Assembly: GCA_030141605.1 (NCBI GenBank)
Contig: JAQGDQ010000189.1
Span: 62,001-126,000, forward strand
DNA: 64,000 nucleotides
Origin: Tubiluchus corallicola
Lineage: Eukaryota > Animalia > Priapulida
Reading direction: 5' to 3'
Below, piece by piece: positions 34,523-45,697 of the stretch. Position 1 is the first letter of the stretch; the number at the start of each line of letters is the position of its first letter. The notes below the pieces were generated by a model. It saw only the letters and a list, made by a program, of their open reading frames with translations, was not told the origin of the DNA and searched no databases. The position numbers and the translations under genes were made by a program.

Positions 34523-35368
34523 GACTAACTTAATTATTGTACAATTATTGTCTTAACGGTCAAAAGATAAGATGGGTCGAACACCGTTTGTAAAGTAGCT
34601 TTCGCACTTAAAAGTGTGTATGGTTAGTGTTGAAAGCAACCTTTTTACGCAAAGATCTAATACAGTGTGGACTCATCAAAATGCCGGGATATTAATAGCA
34701 AAAATGGTCATCCCCATTCAACTCTCCACCTCCAGGGACAACAGCTATATCCCTTGTTTTGGCATTTGGGTTCACCGCGGTTTACGCATGTTGTTATGCT
34801 ATTTTTATCATTGGATATATCGAGTACCGACTTGGTTGACCTAATTTTACTTGCAGTTTTTACCTTCACATCTGTTTTTCCGGTTGCAGAAAGTCTGGGG
34901 AGCAATCCCTTCTTCTTTTACAAATTTCTTTTGTTGAGACACCGGTCTACTAGCGGCGCTTTATTAAACTAATAGTCCCGGAACTCTGGAAACCTAATTC
35001 TTTTCACACTAAAAAATTGGCGTTATTTTCCTATCTGTAAGTGGTTTCTAGAGGAGCTTACAGTTCTTTTAGGTAACACGAGGCTTTTGTAAAATAAAAA
35101 TATCAGATATTTGTTTGACAGATAGTGAATGAATATAAATATTAGCCCCTGTTTAGGGGTCAACATTAAAAATGATTTGTTTCTTTTGACAAGAAACGCA
35201 TAAAAATAGGTTGAGTCCTTTTGTGGGATGGAATATTTTAGTTCAAATTGAGAAAAAATTAATTATAAGTCACAATTTGCTAGTACAAACAATGGTTTTG
35301 AAAAGGATTTTAGCGAAAACACTAATAAAAAGATAAGCTTTGCAAAGCTCTCATATTATATTTGCTGT

Positions 35369-37474
35369 ATGAGTGATATTCTTGATCAGGAAATAACATT
35401 TTTACCGGGAGTTGGCCCCAAGCGTGCCAATCTTTTAAATAATGAGTTAAATATATTTTCATACAGGGATTTACTCTATTATTTCCCCTATAAGTATGTA
35501 GACAGGACACGGTTCTACACTGTTCGTGAGGTAGGTCCTAAGCTCTCGCATATACAATTAAAAGGGCATATTACCGGAATGAAGATTGCGGGGAGTGGGC
35601 GTAAACAAAGGATGATTGCATATTTTACAGATAAGACAGGTGTTATAGAACTTGTTTTTTTTAAAGGGATAAAATACATTTCATCCAGCCTCAAGAAAGA
35701 CACCGAGTACATTGTTTTTGGTAAGCCTTCAGAGTTTAGTGGTCAGTATAATATTGTTCACCCGGAGATAGATGAAGCTTCCAAACAGTCTATCAGTCCT
35801 ACCGGCTACATTCAGGCTTTTTATAATACAACGGAGAGAATGAAAAAAGGGTATATTAACTCCAAAGCGATACTTAAAATGCAACATACGCTTTTGGATA
35901 AAGCAAGGGAGGATATAAAAGAGACAATGCCTTCACATTTAGTCAGAGAGCTCAATCTTATGCCCCTTGGTGATGCCCTTAAAAACATCCATTTTCCAAA
36001 TGATGTAAACATGCTGGAGAAGGCGGAGTACCGTTTAAAGCTGGAAGAGCTTTTCTACACTCAGTTAAAAATATTGTCGTTGAAAGAGTATAGGCTCAAT
36101 AAGTTTAGCGGACATATGTTCGATGCAGTAGGAAGCAATTTCAACACCTTTTTTCACGATCATCTCCCATTTGAATTAACAGATGCGCAAAAACGTGTTC
36201 TTAGAGAGATACGCTCAGACACCAGACAGGGCAAGCAGATGAACAGGCTGGTTCAGGGCGATGTGGGGAGTGGAAAAACGGTGGTAGGGCTTATGGCTGT
36301 ACTTATTGCACTTGATAACGGATTTCAATCGTGCCTAATGGCTCCTACTGAGATACTGGCAACACAGCATTATCACACTATAAAAAAGTTTCTGGGGGAC
36401 ATGCCGTTAAACGTAGAGCTTCTTACAGGTTCTACAAAAGAGAGAGATAGAAAAGTTATTCATAGCCAGCTGCTTTCTGGCGATATTCAGCTACTCATAG
36501 GGACACATGCACTGCTGGAAGATATTGTTCAGTTTAAAAATCTGGGGTTAGTTATCATTGATGAGCAACACCGATTTGGAGTGGCACAGCGCGCAAAGCT
36601 ATGGAAGAAAAACTATGTGCCTCCCCATGTGTTGGTAATGACTGCAACTCCTATACCCCGAACACTTTCGATGACTCTATATGGTGACCTGGATGTATCG
36701 GTAATAGATGAACTTCCTCCCGGGCGAAAGCCGATTAAAACACTCCACTTTTTTGAAAACAAGCGGAGCCATGTTTACGAATTTATAAAAAAGGAGATAT
36801 CACTGGGTAGGCAGGTGTACATAGTCTATCCGCTTATACAGGAGTCTGAAAAAATGGACTATAAGAACCTTGAAGATGGCTACAATCATATCAAAGAGGT
36901 GTTTCCCGAACCGGAGTACAGTATTGGCATGGTTCACGGAAGAATGAAACCTCTGGAGAAAGATATTGAGATGAGGCGGTTTAAACATGGAGAGGTACAG
37001 ATACTTGTAGCTACAACCGTTATTGAAGTTGGTGTCGATGTTCCCAACGCATCCATAATGGTAATAGAGAGCACCGAACGGTTTGGTCTGTCGCAACTGC
37101 ACCAGCTAAGGGGGCGGGTAGGTAGAGGTGCCGAACAGTCATACTGTGTTTTGATGTCAAGCTATAAAGTAGGCGTTGACAGTCGCAAGAGAATTGAAAC
37201 AATGGTAAGTACAAACGATGGCTTTGAGATTGCGGAGACAGACCTTAAGCTACGCGGCCCGGGTGATATTGAAGGGACACAGCAAAGTGGTATGGCGCTT
37301 GACCTAAAAATTGCAAACCTGGCAAAAGATGGACAAATACTACAGTATGCGCGAGATATTGCAAAAAAAATTATTGCAGATGATCCTCTTTTGCAACGCC
37401 CCGAAAACACCCTGTTGAAAGAGCAACTTGTTGCTCTGCGAAAAAACTATCTGAACTGGGGCTCTATAAGCTAA
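35369..37474 (+). CDS. recG: ATP-dependent DNA helicase RecG
   Basis: QGDVGSGKT, DEQHRFG, MTATPIPR, QLRGRVGRG, DL.LRGPG. Confidence 0.97.
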   Translation: MSDILDQEITFLPGVGPKRANLLNNELNIFSYRDLLYYFPYKYVDRTRFYTVREVGPKLSHIQLKGHITGMKIAGSGRKQRMIAYFTDKTGVIELVFFKGIKYISSSLKKDTEYIVFGKPSEFSGQYNIVHPEIDEASKQSISPTGYIQAFYNTTERMKKGYINSKAILKMQHTLLDKAREDIKETMPSHLVRELNLMPLGDALKNIHFPNDVNMLEKAEYRLKLEELFYTQLKILSLKEYRLNKFSGHMFDAVGSNFNTFFHDHLPFELTDAQKRVLREIRSDTRQGKQMNRLVQGDVGSGKTVVGLMAVLIALDNGFQSCLMAPTEILATQHYHTIKKFLGDMPLNVELLTGSTKERDRKVIHSQLLSGDIQLLIGTHALLEDIVQFKNLGLVIIDEQHRFGVAQRAKLWKKNYVPPHVLVMTATPIPRTLSMTLYGDLDVSVIDELPPGRKPIKTLHFFENKRSHVYEFIKKEISLGRQVYIVYPLIQESEKMDYKNLEDGYNHIKEVFPEPEYSIGMVHGRMKPLEKDIEMRRFKHGEVQILVATTVIEVGVDVPNASIMVIESTERFGLSQLHQLRGRVGRGAEQSYCVLMSSYKVGVDSRKRIETMVSTNDGFEIAETDLKLRGPGDIEGTQQSGMALDLKIANLAKDGQILQYARDIAKKIIADDPLLQRPENTLLKEQLVALRKNYLNWGSIS

Positions 37475-37709
37475 GAAAAGGATCAATATTGTAGTAGGCT
37501 ACAATGCTTAGATTCCTTTGCAAAGTTCTGCTCTTTTATTAATATTTTCCTTTTTCAACCTTTCATCTATGCAGGCAGGGAGTGGGAATTTATCTTTAAC
37601 CCAAGTTGAATAAAAGGCTTGTTTATTACGGTTTTTCCTGTAACACAGGCAAGGGTAAGCCACTTTTCTTTTTTAAGCAAATATTTATATTTTTGCCTTC
37701 TCACTGCGG

Positions 37710-37784
37710 GGGGCATTAGCTCAGTTGGTTTAGAGCACTTGCTTGACAGGCAAGGGGTCACTGGTTCAAATCCAGTATGTCCCA
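37710..37784 (+). tRNA. tRNA-Val (GAC)
   Basis: Acceptor GGGGCAT/ATGTCCC, D-arm TAGCTCAGTTGG, anticodon arm CTTGC-TTGACAG-GCAAG, T-loop GGTTCAAATCC; CCA not encoded. Confidence 0.96.
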
Positions 37785-37872
37785 CACTTATTATAACGCG
37801 TACCTGCGGTGTTTAATTTTTTTTGAAAAACTGTCTGTTTTACAGGCAGAGCGAATGTGAATAGACACATAG

Positions 37873-38298
37873 ATGAAGCAAGGAAAGACCATTTCCCATA
37901 AAGGAGTGGTAAAGCAAGTTGAGAAAGATAAAATAACGGTAGGTATATCTCCCCGCCAGGCGTGTGACACTTGCAGCGTAAAAAAAACGTGTTCCGCTTC
38001 GGAAGGAGGGAAGGAAAGGGATATTTATGTTTATGTGTGGGATGGGGATTACAGAGAAGGAGAGGAGGTTGAGGTTTTAATTGATAAAACGCAGGGGTTC
38101 AAAACACTGTTTTATGCGTATGTTCTGCCTCTGCTGCTCATTATTTCCACAATAGTTGTTACAACAACTATCTTTGACAATGAAATAACTGTGGCTCTTA
38201 TATCTCTAGGGGTTCTTGTGCCTTATTACCTCTCGCTCTATCTTCTCAGACTAAAGGTGGAGAGTAGTTTGCATTTTATGATTAAGAAATTGATTTAA
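37873..38298 (+). CDS. rseC: RseC/MucC family protein
   Basis: H.G.V, C..C...C, AY.LP, two TM helices; first gene of the rnf operon. Confidence 0.85.
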   Translation: MKQGKTISHKGVVKQVEKDKITVGISPRQACDTCSVKKTCSASEGGKERDIYVYVWDGDYREGEEVEVLIDKTQGFKTLFYAYVLPLLLIISTIVVTTTIFDNEITVALISLGVLVPYYLSLYLLRLKVESSLHFMIKKLI

Positions 38299-38311
38299 AG
38301 ATTTTTACAGG

Positions 38312-39172
38312 ATGAGTACTACCTTGTTTTATTCAGTAGTGGTTTTGAGCTCTATCGGACTCGCTGCCGCTATTATACTATATTATGCTTCTCAGAAATT
38401 CAAGGTTTATGAGGATCCTCGCATTGACCAGGTTGATGAAGCTCTTCCTGGTGCAAACTGTGGGGGATGTGGGTTTGCCGGGTGTCGTGCCTTTGCAGAG
38501 GCGTGTTTAAAAGCAGATGATCTGGCAGATCTATATTGTCCTGTTGGGGGAGATGAGTGCATGTCGAATGTAGCCGGTGTGCTGGGGCTTAATGCGGTCA
38601 AAAAAGTGCCGCGTATAGCGATAATTCGATGCAATGGAACTACGGATAATAGCCCTCAGACCAGTGTGTATGACGGTGCTACAACATGTAGTATTGTCTC
38701 TTCATTGTATGCCGGGAAGACAGATTGCCAGTATGGATGCCATGGCTTTGGGGAGTGTGTTGAATCTTGTGGCTTCGATGCGCTGGAAATGGACAGCGAA
38801 ACGGGATTGCCGGTAGTAACTGATGATAAATGTGTGGGGTGTGGCGCATGTGTTGTTGCCTGTCCTCAGAACCTTATAGAGCTGAGAAAGAAAATGCCCA
38901 AGTACAGAAAGATCTATGTTTCATGCAGGAACTGTGACAAAGGTGCGGTAGCTAGAAAGGCATGTAAAGTGGCATGTATTGGGTGTGGAAAGTGTATGAA
39001 GGTGTGCCCTCACGATGCTATCGTAGTAGAGAATAACCTTGCTTATATTGACTCCGACAAGTGTAAGCTTTGCAGGAAATGTGTTCCTGTTTGCCCAACC
39101 GGTGCTATAATAGAGGAAAATTTTCCGCCGAGAAAAACGGAGAAGGAGAAGGTAGAAGCGATAAAGGCATAA
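38312..39172 (+). CDS. rnfB: Rnf complex subunit B (polyferredoxin)
   Basis: LPGANCGGCG..GC and multiple CxxCxxCxxxCP motifs. Confidence 0.95.
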   Translation: MSTTLFYSVVVLSSIGLAAAIILYYASQKFKVYEDPRIDQVDEALPGANCGGCGFAGCRAFAEACLKADDLADLYCPVGGDECMSNVAGVLGLNAVKKVPRIAIIRCNGTTDNSPQTSVYDGATTCSIVSSLYAGKTDCQYGCHGFGECVESCGFDALEMDSETGLPVVTDDKCVGCGACVVACPQNLIELRKKMPKYRKIYVSCRNCDKGAVARKACKVACIGCGKCMKVCPHDAIVVENNLAYIDSDKCKLCRKCVPVCPTGAIIEENFPPRKTEKEKVEAIKA

Positions 39173-39254
39173 AGGGTCTATTATGAGCGTATAGTGAAAT
39201 TATATATAACAGGATTTTATTTGTTTTAAATGATATTTTAAGAGGGAGTTAATT

Positions 39255-40589
39255 GTGTCAAAGACTTTTAAAAGAGGGGGTGTACACCCACCCGACAGTA
39301 AAATTTCAGCTCATAAGGCTATTGAGTTGCTTCCCCCGCCTGGGAGTGTGAGCATTCCGGTTGCACAGCATATAGGAGCGCCCGCTACGGTAGTTGTTAA
39401 GAAGGGGGATATTTTGAAGGTTGGTGATGTAATAGCAAAAAGCTCGGGATTCATTTCAACCAATATACACTCTTCTGTCTCCGGCAAGGTTAAGAAAATT
39501 GATAATGTCTTAGATGCTTCCGGGTTCAAGAAAGCATCTGTTGCTATTGATGTGTCGGGAGATGAGTGGCTTAAGGAAATTGACCGCAGTGATACTTTAA
39601 TTACCAGTACCGACCTTGACGGCAAAGCAATTGGAGAAAAAATTTTAGCGGCGGGAATAGTTGGGCTTGGAGGTGCTGCGTTTCCTACTCATGTTAAGCT
39701 TTCTCCTCCTCCCGGCATGAAAGCTGAAGTGCTTTTGATCAATGGCGCTGAGTGTGAACCGTATCTTACTTCCGACCATCGTGTCATGCTCGAAAAGGGT
39801 GAAGAGGTTCTGATAGGTACCTCACTTATTATGAAGGTAATGGGTGTGAGAAGAGCAGCTATAGGTATTGAGAAAAATAAGCCTGATGCCATAAAACATC
39901 TTACAGAACTTGCAACTAAGTATGAAGGAATAGAGGTTTGTGCGCTGAAGGTGAAATATCCACAGGGTGGCGAGAAACAGCTTATAAAAGCGATTACCGG
40001 TAGAGAGGTACCGTCAGGCGCTTTACCAATTGCTGTAGGGGCTGTAGTAAATAATGTGGGAACAGCTTTTGCTGTTTATGAAGCTGTGATGAAAAATAAA
40101 CCTCTTGTAGAAAGGGTAGTTACAGTAACAGGTAAATCGATTGCAAACCCCGCTAATTATATGACAAGAATAGGAACGCCTGTGTCTGCCCTTATAGAGG
40201 CAGTGGGAGGGGTGCCGGACAATACAGGCAAAGTTATCAGTGGTGGCCCTATGATGGGGCGTGCTATCTCATCTATGAATGTGCCTGTTACAAAAGGGAC
40301 ATCTGGAGTCCTTGTGATGTCTGAAGATGAGTCGCAGCGCAAGAAGGTGAACCCATGTATTCGCTGTTGCAGATGTATTACGGTGTGCCCTATGGGACTA
40401 GAACCTTATCTGTTAATGACCTATGCAGAGAGAGAACTTTGGAGCAACAGCGAAGAAGAGGATGTTATGGACTGCATTGAGTGTGGTTCCTGCTCCTATA
40501 TATGCCCTGCTAGCCGCCCGCTGCTCGACTATATACGCCTGGGAAAAGGAGAAGTGGGAGAGATTATCCGTGAGAGAAAGTCGAACTAA
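39255..40589 (+). CDS. rnfC: Rnf complex subunit C
   Basis: QHIGAP, G.GGA.FPTHVK, NGAECEPY, YPQG.EKQL, GGPMMG, two 4Fe-4S motifs. Confidence 0.96.
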   Translation: MSKTFKRGGVHPPDSKISAHKAIELLPPPGSVSIPVAQHIGAPATVVVKKGDILKVGDVIAKSSGFISTNIHSSVSGKVKKIDNVLDASGFKKASVAIDVSGDEWLKEIDRSDTLITSTDLDGKAIGEKILAAGIVGLGGAAFPTHVKLSPPPGMKAEVLLINGAECEPYLTSDHRVMLEKGEEVLIGTSLIMKVMGVRRAAIGIEKNKPDAIKHLTELATKYEGIEVCALKVKYPQGGEKQLIKAITGREVPSGALPIAVGAVVNNVGTAFAVYEAVMKNKPLVERVVTVTGKSIANPANYMTRIGTPVSALIEAVGGVPDNTGKVISGGPMMGRAISSMNVPVTKGTSGVLVMSEDESQRKKVNPCIRCCRCITVCPMGLEPYLLMTYAERELWSNSEEEDVMDCIECGSCSYICPASRPLLDYIRLGKGEVGEIIRERKSN

Positions 40590-40677
40590 TGTGGGGGTGC
40601 TTAAAGCAAATCTTAAAGTAGTACGGTGGAAATGATAAGTAGATATAAGAGTATAAAAAATATATCAATACATACCA

Positions 40678-41658
40678 ATGAATAAACTATTAACTGTTGC
40701 ACCTTCCCCTCATATCAATGTGAACGACTCTACCAGCAAAATAATGTCAGGGGTGGTAATTGCACTTATGCCTGCACTTGCAATGTCAGTTGTCTTTTTT
40801 GGGGTGGAAAGTCTCAAAGTAACTGCCCTGTCTGTCGCTGCCTGTGTTATATTTGAATTTCTTATACAGAAATATATTATAAAAGGAGCTCTCACTATTC
40901 CTGACGGCTCTGCTATTGTAACCGGTGTCCTTTTAGCATTTAACCTGCCTGTCGGTATCCCTTGGTGGATTATTTTTATGGGAGCTTTTGTTGCTATTGG
41001 GGTGGGGAAGATGTCATTTGGTGGATTAGGACAAAATTTGTTCAACCCTGCTTTAGTCGGGCGTGTGTTTCTTTTAATTTCATTTCCGGTAGACCTAACT
41101 ACCTGGACAGCCAACAGGGTTGCTGCCGACGGTTTTACAGGAGCCACGCCTTTGGGAGCGTTAAAAGAGGAATTAAAGAGTGGGAAAGCGGTTGCAGATG
41201 TTATATCTGAGCTGCCTTCAACTTTTGACCTCCTTTGGGGCAACATAAGCGGTTCAATGGGAGAGGTCTCTGCTATAGCATTACTCTTGGGCGGGCTTTA
41301 TATGTTGTGGAAGAAAATTATAACATGGCAAACACCTGTTGCCGTACTGGGATCAATGGCTATTCTACAGGGTATTTTATGCATCTCTTTACCAGGACAA
41401 TTTGCCGGCCCTCTTTTCCATATTCTGTCAGGAGGAGCTGTGCTGGGGGCATTGTTTATGGCTACAGATATGGTTGCTTCACCAATGACCGGTAAGGGGC
41501 AGCTGATATACGGAACCGGAATAGGAATAATTACTATTTGCATAAGAAACTTCGGAGCCTACCCTGAGGGAATATCTTTTGCAATACTTATAATGAATAG
41601 TGTTACACCACTAATTAACTTTTATGTGAAACCTAAACGGTTTGGAGGGGCTAAATGA
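40678..41658 (+). CDS. rnfD: Rnf complex subunit D
   Basis: SPH, FGG.G.N.FNPA, TGATPL (FMN site), FMATD. Confidence 0.95.
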   Translation: MNKLLTVAPSPHINVNDSTSKIMSGVVIALMPALAMSVVFFGVESLKVTALSVAACVIFEFLIQKYIIKGALTIPDGSAIVTGVLLAFNLPVGIPWWIIFMGAFVAIGVGKMSFGGLGQNLFNPALVGRVFLLISFPVDLTTWTANRVAADGFTGATPLGALKEELKSGKAVADVISELPSTFDLLWGNISGSMGEVSAIALLLGGLYMLWKKIITWQTPVAVLGSMAILQGILCISLPGQFAGPLFHILSGGAVLGALFMATDMVASPMTGKGQLIYGTGIGIITICIRNFGAYPEGISFAILIMNSVTPLINFYVKPKRFGGAK

Positions 41659-42275
41659 TGGCAAATAAAGAATCAAATTTTGTAAACATGACAGTAGCTC
41701 TTTTTCTTATAACACTCACTGCTGCAACGGCGTTGGGTTTTGTTAATGAGTTGACGAAAGAGCCTATTGAAAGAGCTAGGATAGAGTCGCGCGATAGAGC
41801 AATAGCCGATGTCCTACCTGATTTTGACAGGCTTGATAAAAGCTATATCTCCTCTTCCGACGAAAAGAGCTCAGATAATCTTGAGTTTTTCCCTGCATTT
41901 GATGCGGATGGAAACCCTGTCGGTGTTGCAATAAAAACATATACAAATAATGGGTTTTCCGGACAAATAACCACTATGGTGGGATTTACAAATGATGGTA
42001 CTATTTCTGGGTTTAAAGTGCTGGCCCACCAGGAGACACCAGGACTTGGCTCAAAGATGGATGAGTGGTTTAGCGATAAAGAGAAGGAGACGCGTAATAT
42101 TATCGGTAAGAATCCGGGTAAAGCTAACCTTACAATTACCAAAGATGGGGGTGATATAGATGCTATTACGGCTTCTACCATCACCTCACGTGCTTTTCTA
42201 GAGTCTATACTGCGCGCTTACAATGCATTGGAAAAAGAGGTGAACGGTAATAAACCAGAAGAAACGGATATATAA
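41655..42275 (+). CDS. rnfG: Rnf complex subunit G
   Basis: H.ETPGLG and DAITASTITS FMN motif. Confidence 0.95.
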   Translation: MMANKESNFVNMTVALFLITLTAATALGFVNELTKEPIERARIESRDRAIADVLPDFDRLDKSYISSSDEKSSDNLEFFPAFDADGNPVGVAIKTYTNNGFSGQITTMVGFTNDGTISGFKVLAHQETPGLGSKMDEWFSDKEKETRNIIGKNPGKANLTITKDGGDIDAITASTITSRAFLESILRAYNALEKEVNGNKPEETDI

Positions 42276-42292
42276 TAAAGAGGAAATAACTC

Positions 42293-42877
42293 ATGAACAA
42301 TATAAAGATTTTCACACGGGGTATTATCGCAGAAAATCCCGTTTTTGTACTGTTGCTTGGTCTGTGCCCGACTCTGGGCGTCACCTCATCTGCTATAAAT
42401 GGTATAGGAATGGGAGTGGCTACTGCTTTTGTACTAGTGATGTCAAATATGGTAGTATCTATCATTAAAAACCTAATACCAAATAAGGTAAGAATCCCAT
42501 CTTTTATTGTTATAATTGCTTCATTCGTGACAATTGTACAGCTTATGATGGAGGCGTTTCTCCCTGCACTGTTCGATTCGCTCGGGCTGTTTATCCCTCT
42601 TATAGTGGTAAACTGTGCTGTACTTGGGCGCTCAGAAGCTTTTGCTTCGAGAAATGGTGTTTTACCCTCAATTATTGACGGGCTGGGAATGGGCGTTGGC
42701 TTCACCTTTGCCCTTGCTCTGCTGGGAGCAGTAAGGGAGTTATTGGGAAGCGGAAAAATCTTTGGAGTTACTGTTTATCCCGAAGATTATGGGAGCCTTA
42801 TGTTTGTACTGGCCCCGGGAGCGTTTATTATCTTGGGCTATCTTATTGCCCTCAATGACAAAATGAAAAAAGCCTGA
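42293..42877 (+). CDS. rnfE: Rnf complex subunit E
   Basis: LGLCP, IPLIVVNC, APGAF. Confidence 0.95.
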   Translation: MNNIKIFTRGIIAENPVFVLLLGLCPTLGVTSSAINGIGMGVATAFVLVMSNMVVSIIKNLIPNKVRIPSFIVIIASFVTIVQLMMEAFLPALFDSLGLFIPLIVVNCAVLGRSEAFASRNGVLPSIIDGLGMGVGFTFALALLGAVRELLGSGKIFGVTVYPEDYGSLMFVLAPGAFIILGYLIALNDKMKKA

Positions 42878-42883
42878 TAGTCT

Positions 42884-43459
42884 ATGGAAAACTATTTAAT
42901 TATAATCGTATCTGCAATATTTGTAAACAATATTGTGCTACTGCAATTTTTAGGTATATGCCCGCTTCTGGGAGTATCGAAAAAAATATCTACCGCTACA
43001 GGGATGACAGGTGCCGTAGCTTTTGTTATGACGCTTGCCACGATCGTAACATATCTTATTCAACAATATGTGTTGGACGTTTACAATATAGGTTATCTCC
43101 AGACTATAGTTTTTATACTTGTGATAGCCTCGTTGGTCCAGCTTGTTGAGATAATACTAAAGAAGGTTAGCCCTGTATTATACCAGGCATTGGGTGTATT
43201 TCTTCCTTTGATAACAACCAATTGTGCGATACTTGGGGTAGCAATGCTTACCATAAGAAAAGAGCTAACCCTTACAGAAGGTGTTGTATACGCGGTTGCT
43301 AATGCTGTAGGGTTTGGACTGGCACTGTTAATTTTTGCAGGCATACGCGAACACCTCAGCCTTGTAGCTGTTCCCAAAAGGCTGGAGGGCACCCCTATCG
43401 CTTTTATCGCAGCCGGAATTTTGGCAATGGCTTTTATGGGATTTTCCGGGATAGTGTAG
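42884..43459 (+). CDS. rnfA: Rnf complex subunit A
   Basis: FLGICP, LPLITTNCA, GIRE, MAFMGF. Confidence 0.95.
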   Translation: MENYLIIIVSAIFVNNIVLLQFLGICPLLGVSKKISTATGMTGAVAFVMTLATIVTYLIQQYVLDVYNIGYLQTIVFILVIASLVQLVEIILKKVSPVLYQALGVFLPLITTNCAILGVAMLTIRKELTLTEGVVYAVANAVGFGLALLIFAGIREHLSLVAVPKRLEGTPIAFIAAGILAMAFMGFSGIV

Positions 43460-43557
43460 CAAAAGTGCGTATAGGAGAGAGGTCGTACAGCCGGAAAAAA
43501 TGACTATTTGGACTTAAAACAGTGCCAGATAAGAATATAATTTAAAATCATGCTATT

Positions 43558-43839
43558 ATGGAACCAAATAAATTTTGCCAAAGTTGTGGAATGCCGCTAA
43601 AAGGAGATGTCGAAGGCGGAGGCACAAATAAAGATGGGACAAAAAGTACTAAGTACTGCTCATACTGCTACAAAGATGGCACATTTGTAAACTCTGATAT
43701 TAAAACAGCAAAAGAGATGCAAACGTTCTGTATTCAGAAAATGAAAGAGCAGGGAGTGGCACACTGGAAAGCTTGGCTTTTCACAAGATGTATCCCAAAG
43801 CTGGAGCGCTGGAAAAAAGAGGTAGCAAAAAAAGAATAA
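43558..43839 (+). CDS. Zinc-ribbon domain protein (Zn_ribbon_2)
   Basis: CQSCGMP...YC.YCY..G, P.L.RW. Confidence 0.88.
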   Translation: MEPNKFCQSCGMPLKGDVEGGGTNKDGTKSTKYCSYCYKDGTFVNSDIKTAKEMQTFCIQKMKEQGVAHWKAWLFTRCIPKLERWKKEVAKKE

Positions 43840-44253
43840 TCAGCAAGACGAAAATAGATATTTCTTCAGGAACCGGCTTGTAAATAAAAAATAATCCGGT
43901 TAAGTTGAAAAAAGTTAGCCGGGTTGCTTCTACACTCTTTTTGGCAAATACTTGGTTGAAGTCGGCAATGTGCTTGCAAATTGGGTGGGGATTCAAACTA
44001 ATGTAAATAAGGATTAAGTATTTTTTCATTCATCTTATTGTCATCTATATTGACTTGATAAAATTTTTATGTGAAAAAGCACCCCAAAGGTGATGAAGTT
44101 CTATTTTATAGAGAAGTTGAGAGAGAGGCAACCACCGCAGATAATATAATTTAGCTGAATTTTAATAGAAGCTGTAATGGGCTTAGGAGATACTCTAAAA
44201 TAGTCAGTCAAATCATTACCTAGTCGTTAATAATAAATAATAATACGAAACAC

Positions 44254-45015
44254 ATGAAACAGTGGTACGAAAAACTTTTTGAAAACTACGGAGAAAAGTA
44301 TGACAATGAAAATTTCACACAGGGAACAATCGGGGAGTGTGACTTTATTGAAAAAGAGATAGGGTTCAACAAAAAAATAAAAATACTTGATGTAGGTTGT
44401 GGAACTGGGCGCCACTCAATTGAGTTGACAAGAAGGGGATACAAAGTTACAGGGGTAGATTTGTCCAGTTCAATGCTAAAAAGAGCGAAAGAAAAGGCAG
44501 ATGCTGAGAACCTGAGCATTGACTTTCAAAATCAAGATGCTAGGAATTTAACTTTTGACAGCGAATTTGACCTGGTTATTATGCTTTGCGAAGGAGGATT
44601 TTCATTAATGGAAACAGATGAAATGAATTTTCATATTCTCAAGAGTGTCTCTAATGCGCTTAAAAGTAAAGGTAAGTTTATTTTCACAACACTTAATGGA
44701 CTATTCCCACTATTCCATTCTGTTAAAGACTTTTTAGCAAAATCAGCAAAAGAAGGCAATGCAACCTACGATGAAAATACCTTTGACTTAATGACTTTCA
44801 GAGATTTTAATAAAATCCATTTAGATGATGATAAGGGGGATAAAGTAGAGCTGGAGTGTAACGAAAGGTACTATGTCCCTTCAGAAATAACATGGCTGTT
44901 AAAAACTTTAAACTTCAGAAATATTGATATTTATGGTGCTAAACTGGGTGCATTTAGCAGGGCAGACAAGCTAATGACAAATGACTACGAGATGCTTGTA
45001 ATTGCTGAACTATAA
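44254..45015 (+). CDS. Class I SAM-dependent methyltransferase
   Basis: ILDVGCGTGRH, GVDLS, DAR.L, FD. Confidence 0.9.
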   Translation: MKQWYEKLFENYGEKYDNENFTQGTIGECDFIEKEIGFNKKIKILDVGCGTGRHSIELTRRGYKVTGVDLSSSMLKRAKEKADAENLSIDFQNQDARNLTFDSEFDLVIMLCEGGFSLMETDEMNFHILKSVSNALKSKGKFIFTTLNGLFPLFHSVKDFLAKSAKEGNATYDENTFDLMTFRDFNKIHLDDDKGDKVELECNERYYVPSEITWLLKTLNFRNIDIYGAKLGAFSRADKLMTNDYEMLVIAEL

Positions 45016-45134
45016 ATAAGCTACGATTATTGGTGACAGAACATATATTGGCTAGATCAAATTTGTAGTAGAGAGTTTTGCACTGTCCAAAACCTTTCGC
45101 CTTACGGACGTCTCACTATTAGCATTGAATATAT

Positions 45135-45177
45135 TAAAACACCCTGGTGAAGTATTAAAACTCACCAGGGTGTTTTA
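45135..45177. terminator. Bidirectional intrinsic terminator
   Basis: 16-bp perfect arms TAAAACACCCTGGTGA / TCACCAGGGTGTTTTA between convergent genes. Confidence 0.8.
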
Positions 45178-45198
45178 TTAAAGAGTCTAAAGTTGCTT

Positions 45199-45618
45199 TT
45201 ATGAAATAGATATCGCTTTAGGCCCTTTGTCTATGCTTTCCTCTTTCTTGGGAAGCTCTACGCGTAGAACCCCTTCTTTAAGTTCCACACTGATTTTTTT
45301 AGAATCGACTGTTTGAGGCAATTCAAATTTACGGACAAAGCTTTGAGATTCAAATTCTCTTGTAATAAACTCTTCTCCCTCTGTTAAGCTCTGTTCCATT
45401 TTACCCTCTACACTTAACACATTGTTGTGAAGTTCCACTTCAAGATTTTCTTTCTTCCACTCAGGCAGTGAAATATCAATCCTGAAGCTTTTCTTACCTT
45501 CAACTATATTAGCGCAAGGAACAGGGGTTTTATAAAAATTGCCTTCAGCTTCATTTTCAAAAATATTGTCAAATAAGCTGTCTCTTAATACCGGATGTGA
45601 AAATTTTACTAAGTTCAT
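45199..45618 (-). CDS. Hsp20/alpha-crystallin small heat-shock protein
   Basis: P..NI.E, F.R.F.LP, GVL.V.LPK, C-terminal I-x-I. Confidence 0.92.
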   Translation of the reverse strand: MNLVKFSHPVLRDSLFDNIFENEAEGNFYKTPVPCANIVEGKKSFRIDISLPEWKKENLEVELHNNVLSVEGKMEQSLTEGEEFITREFESQSFVRKFELPQTVDSKKISVELKEGVLRVELPKKEESIDKGPKAISIS

Positions 45619-45697
45619 GACGTTTCCTCCTAATTTTTATAATTAAATATTGACTATTATTAGTTGTATTAAAAACTTCTCTTTGCTCTATTTAAAC

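Noticed and set aside
37567-37816. ORFs overlapping the tRNA
   Set aside because: Spurious translations of tRNA-Val.
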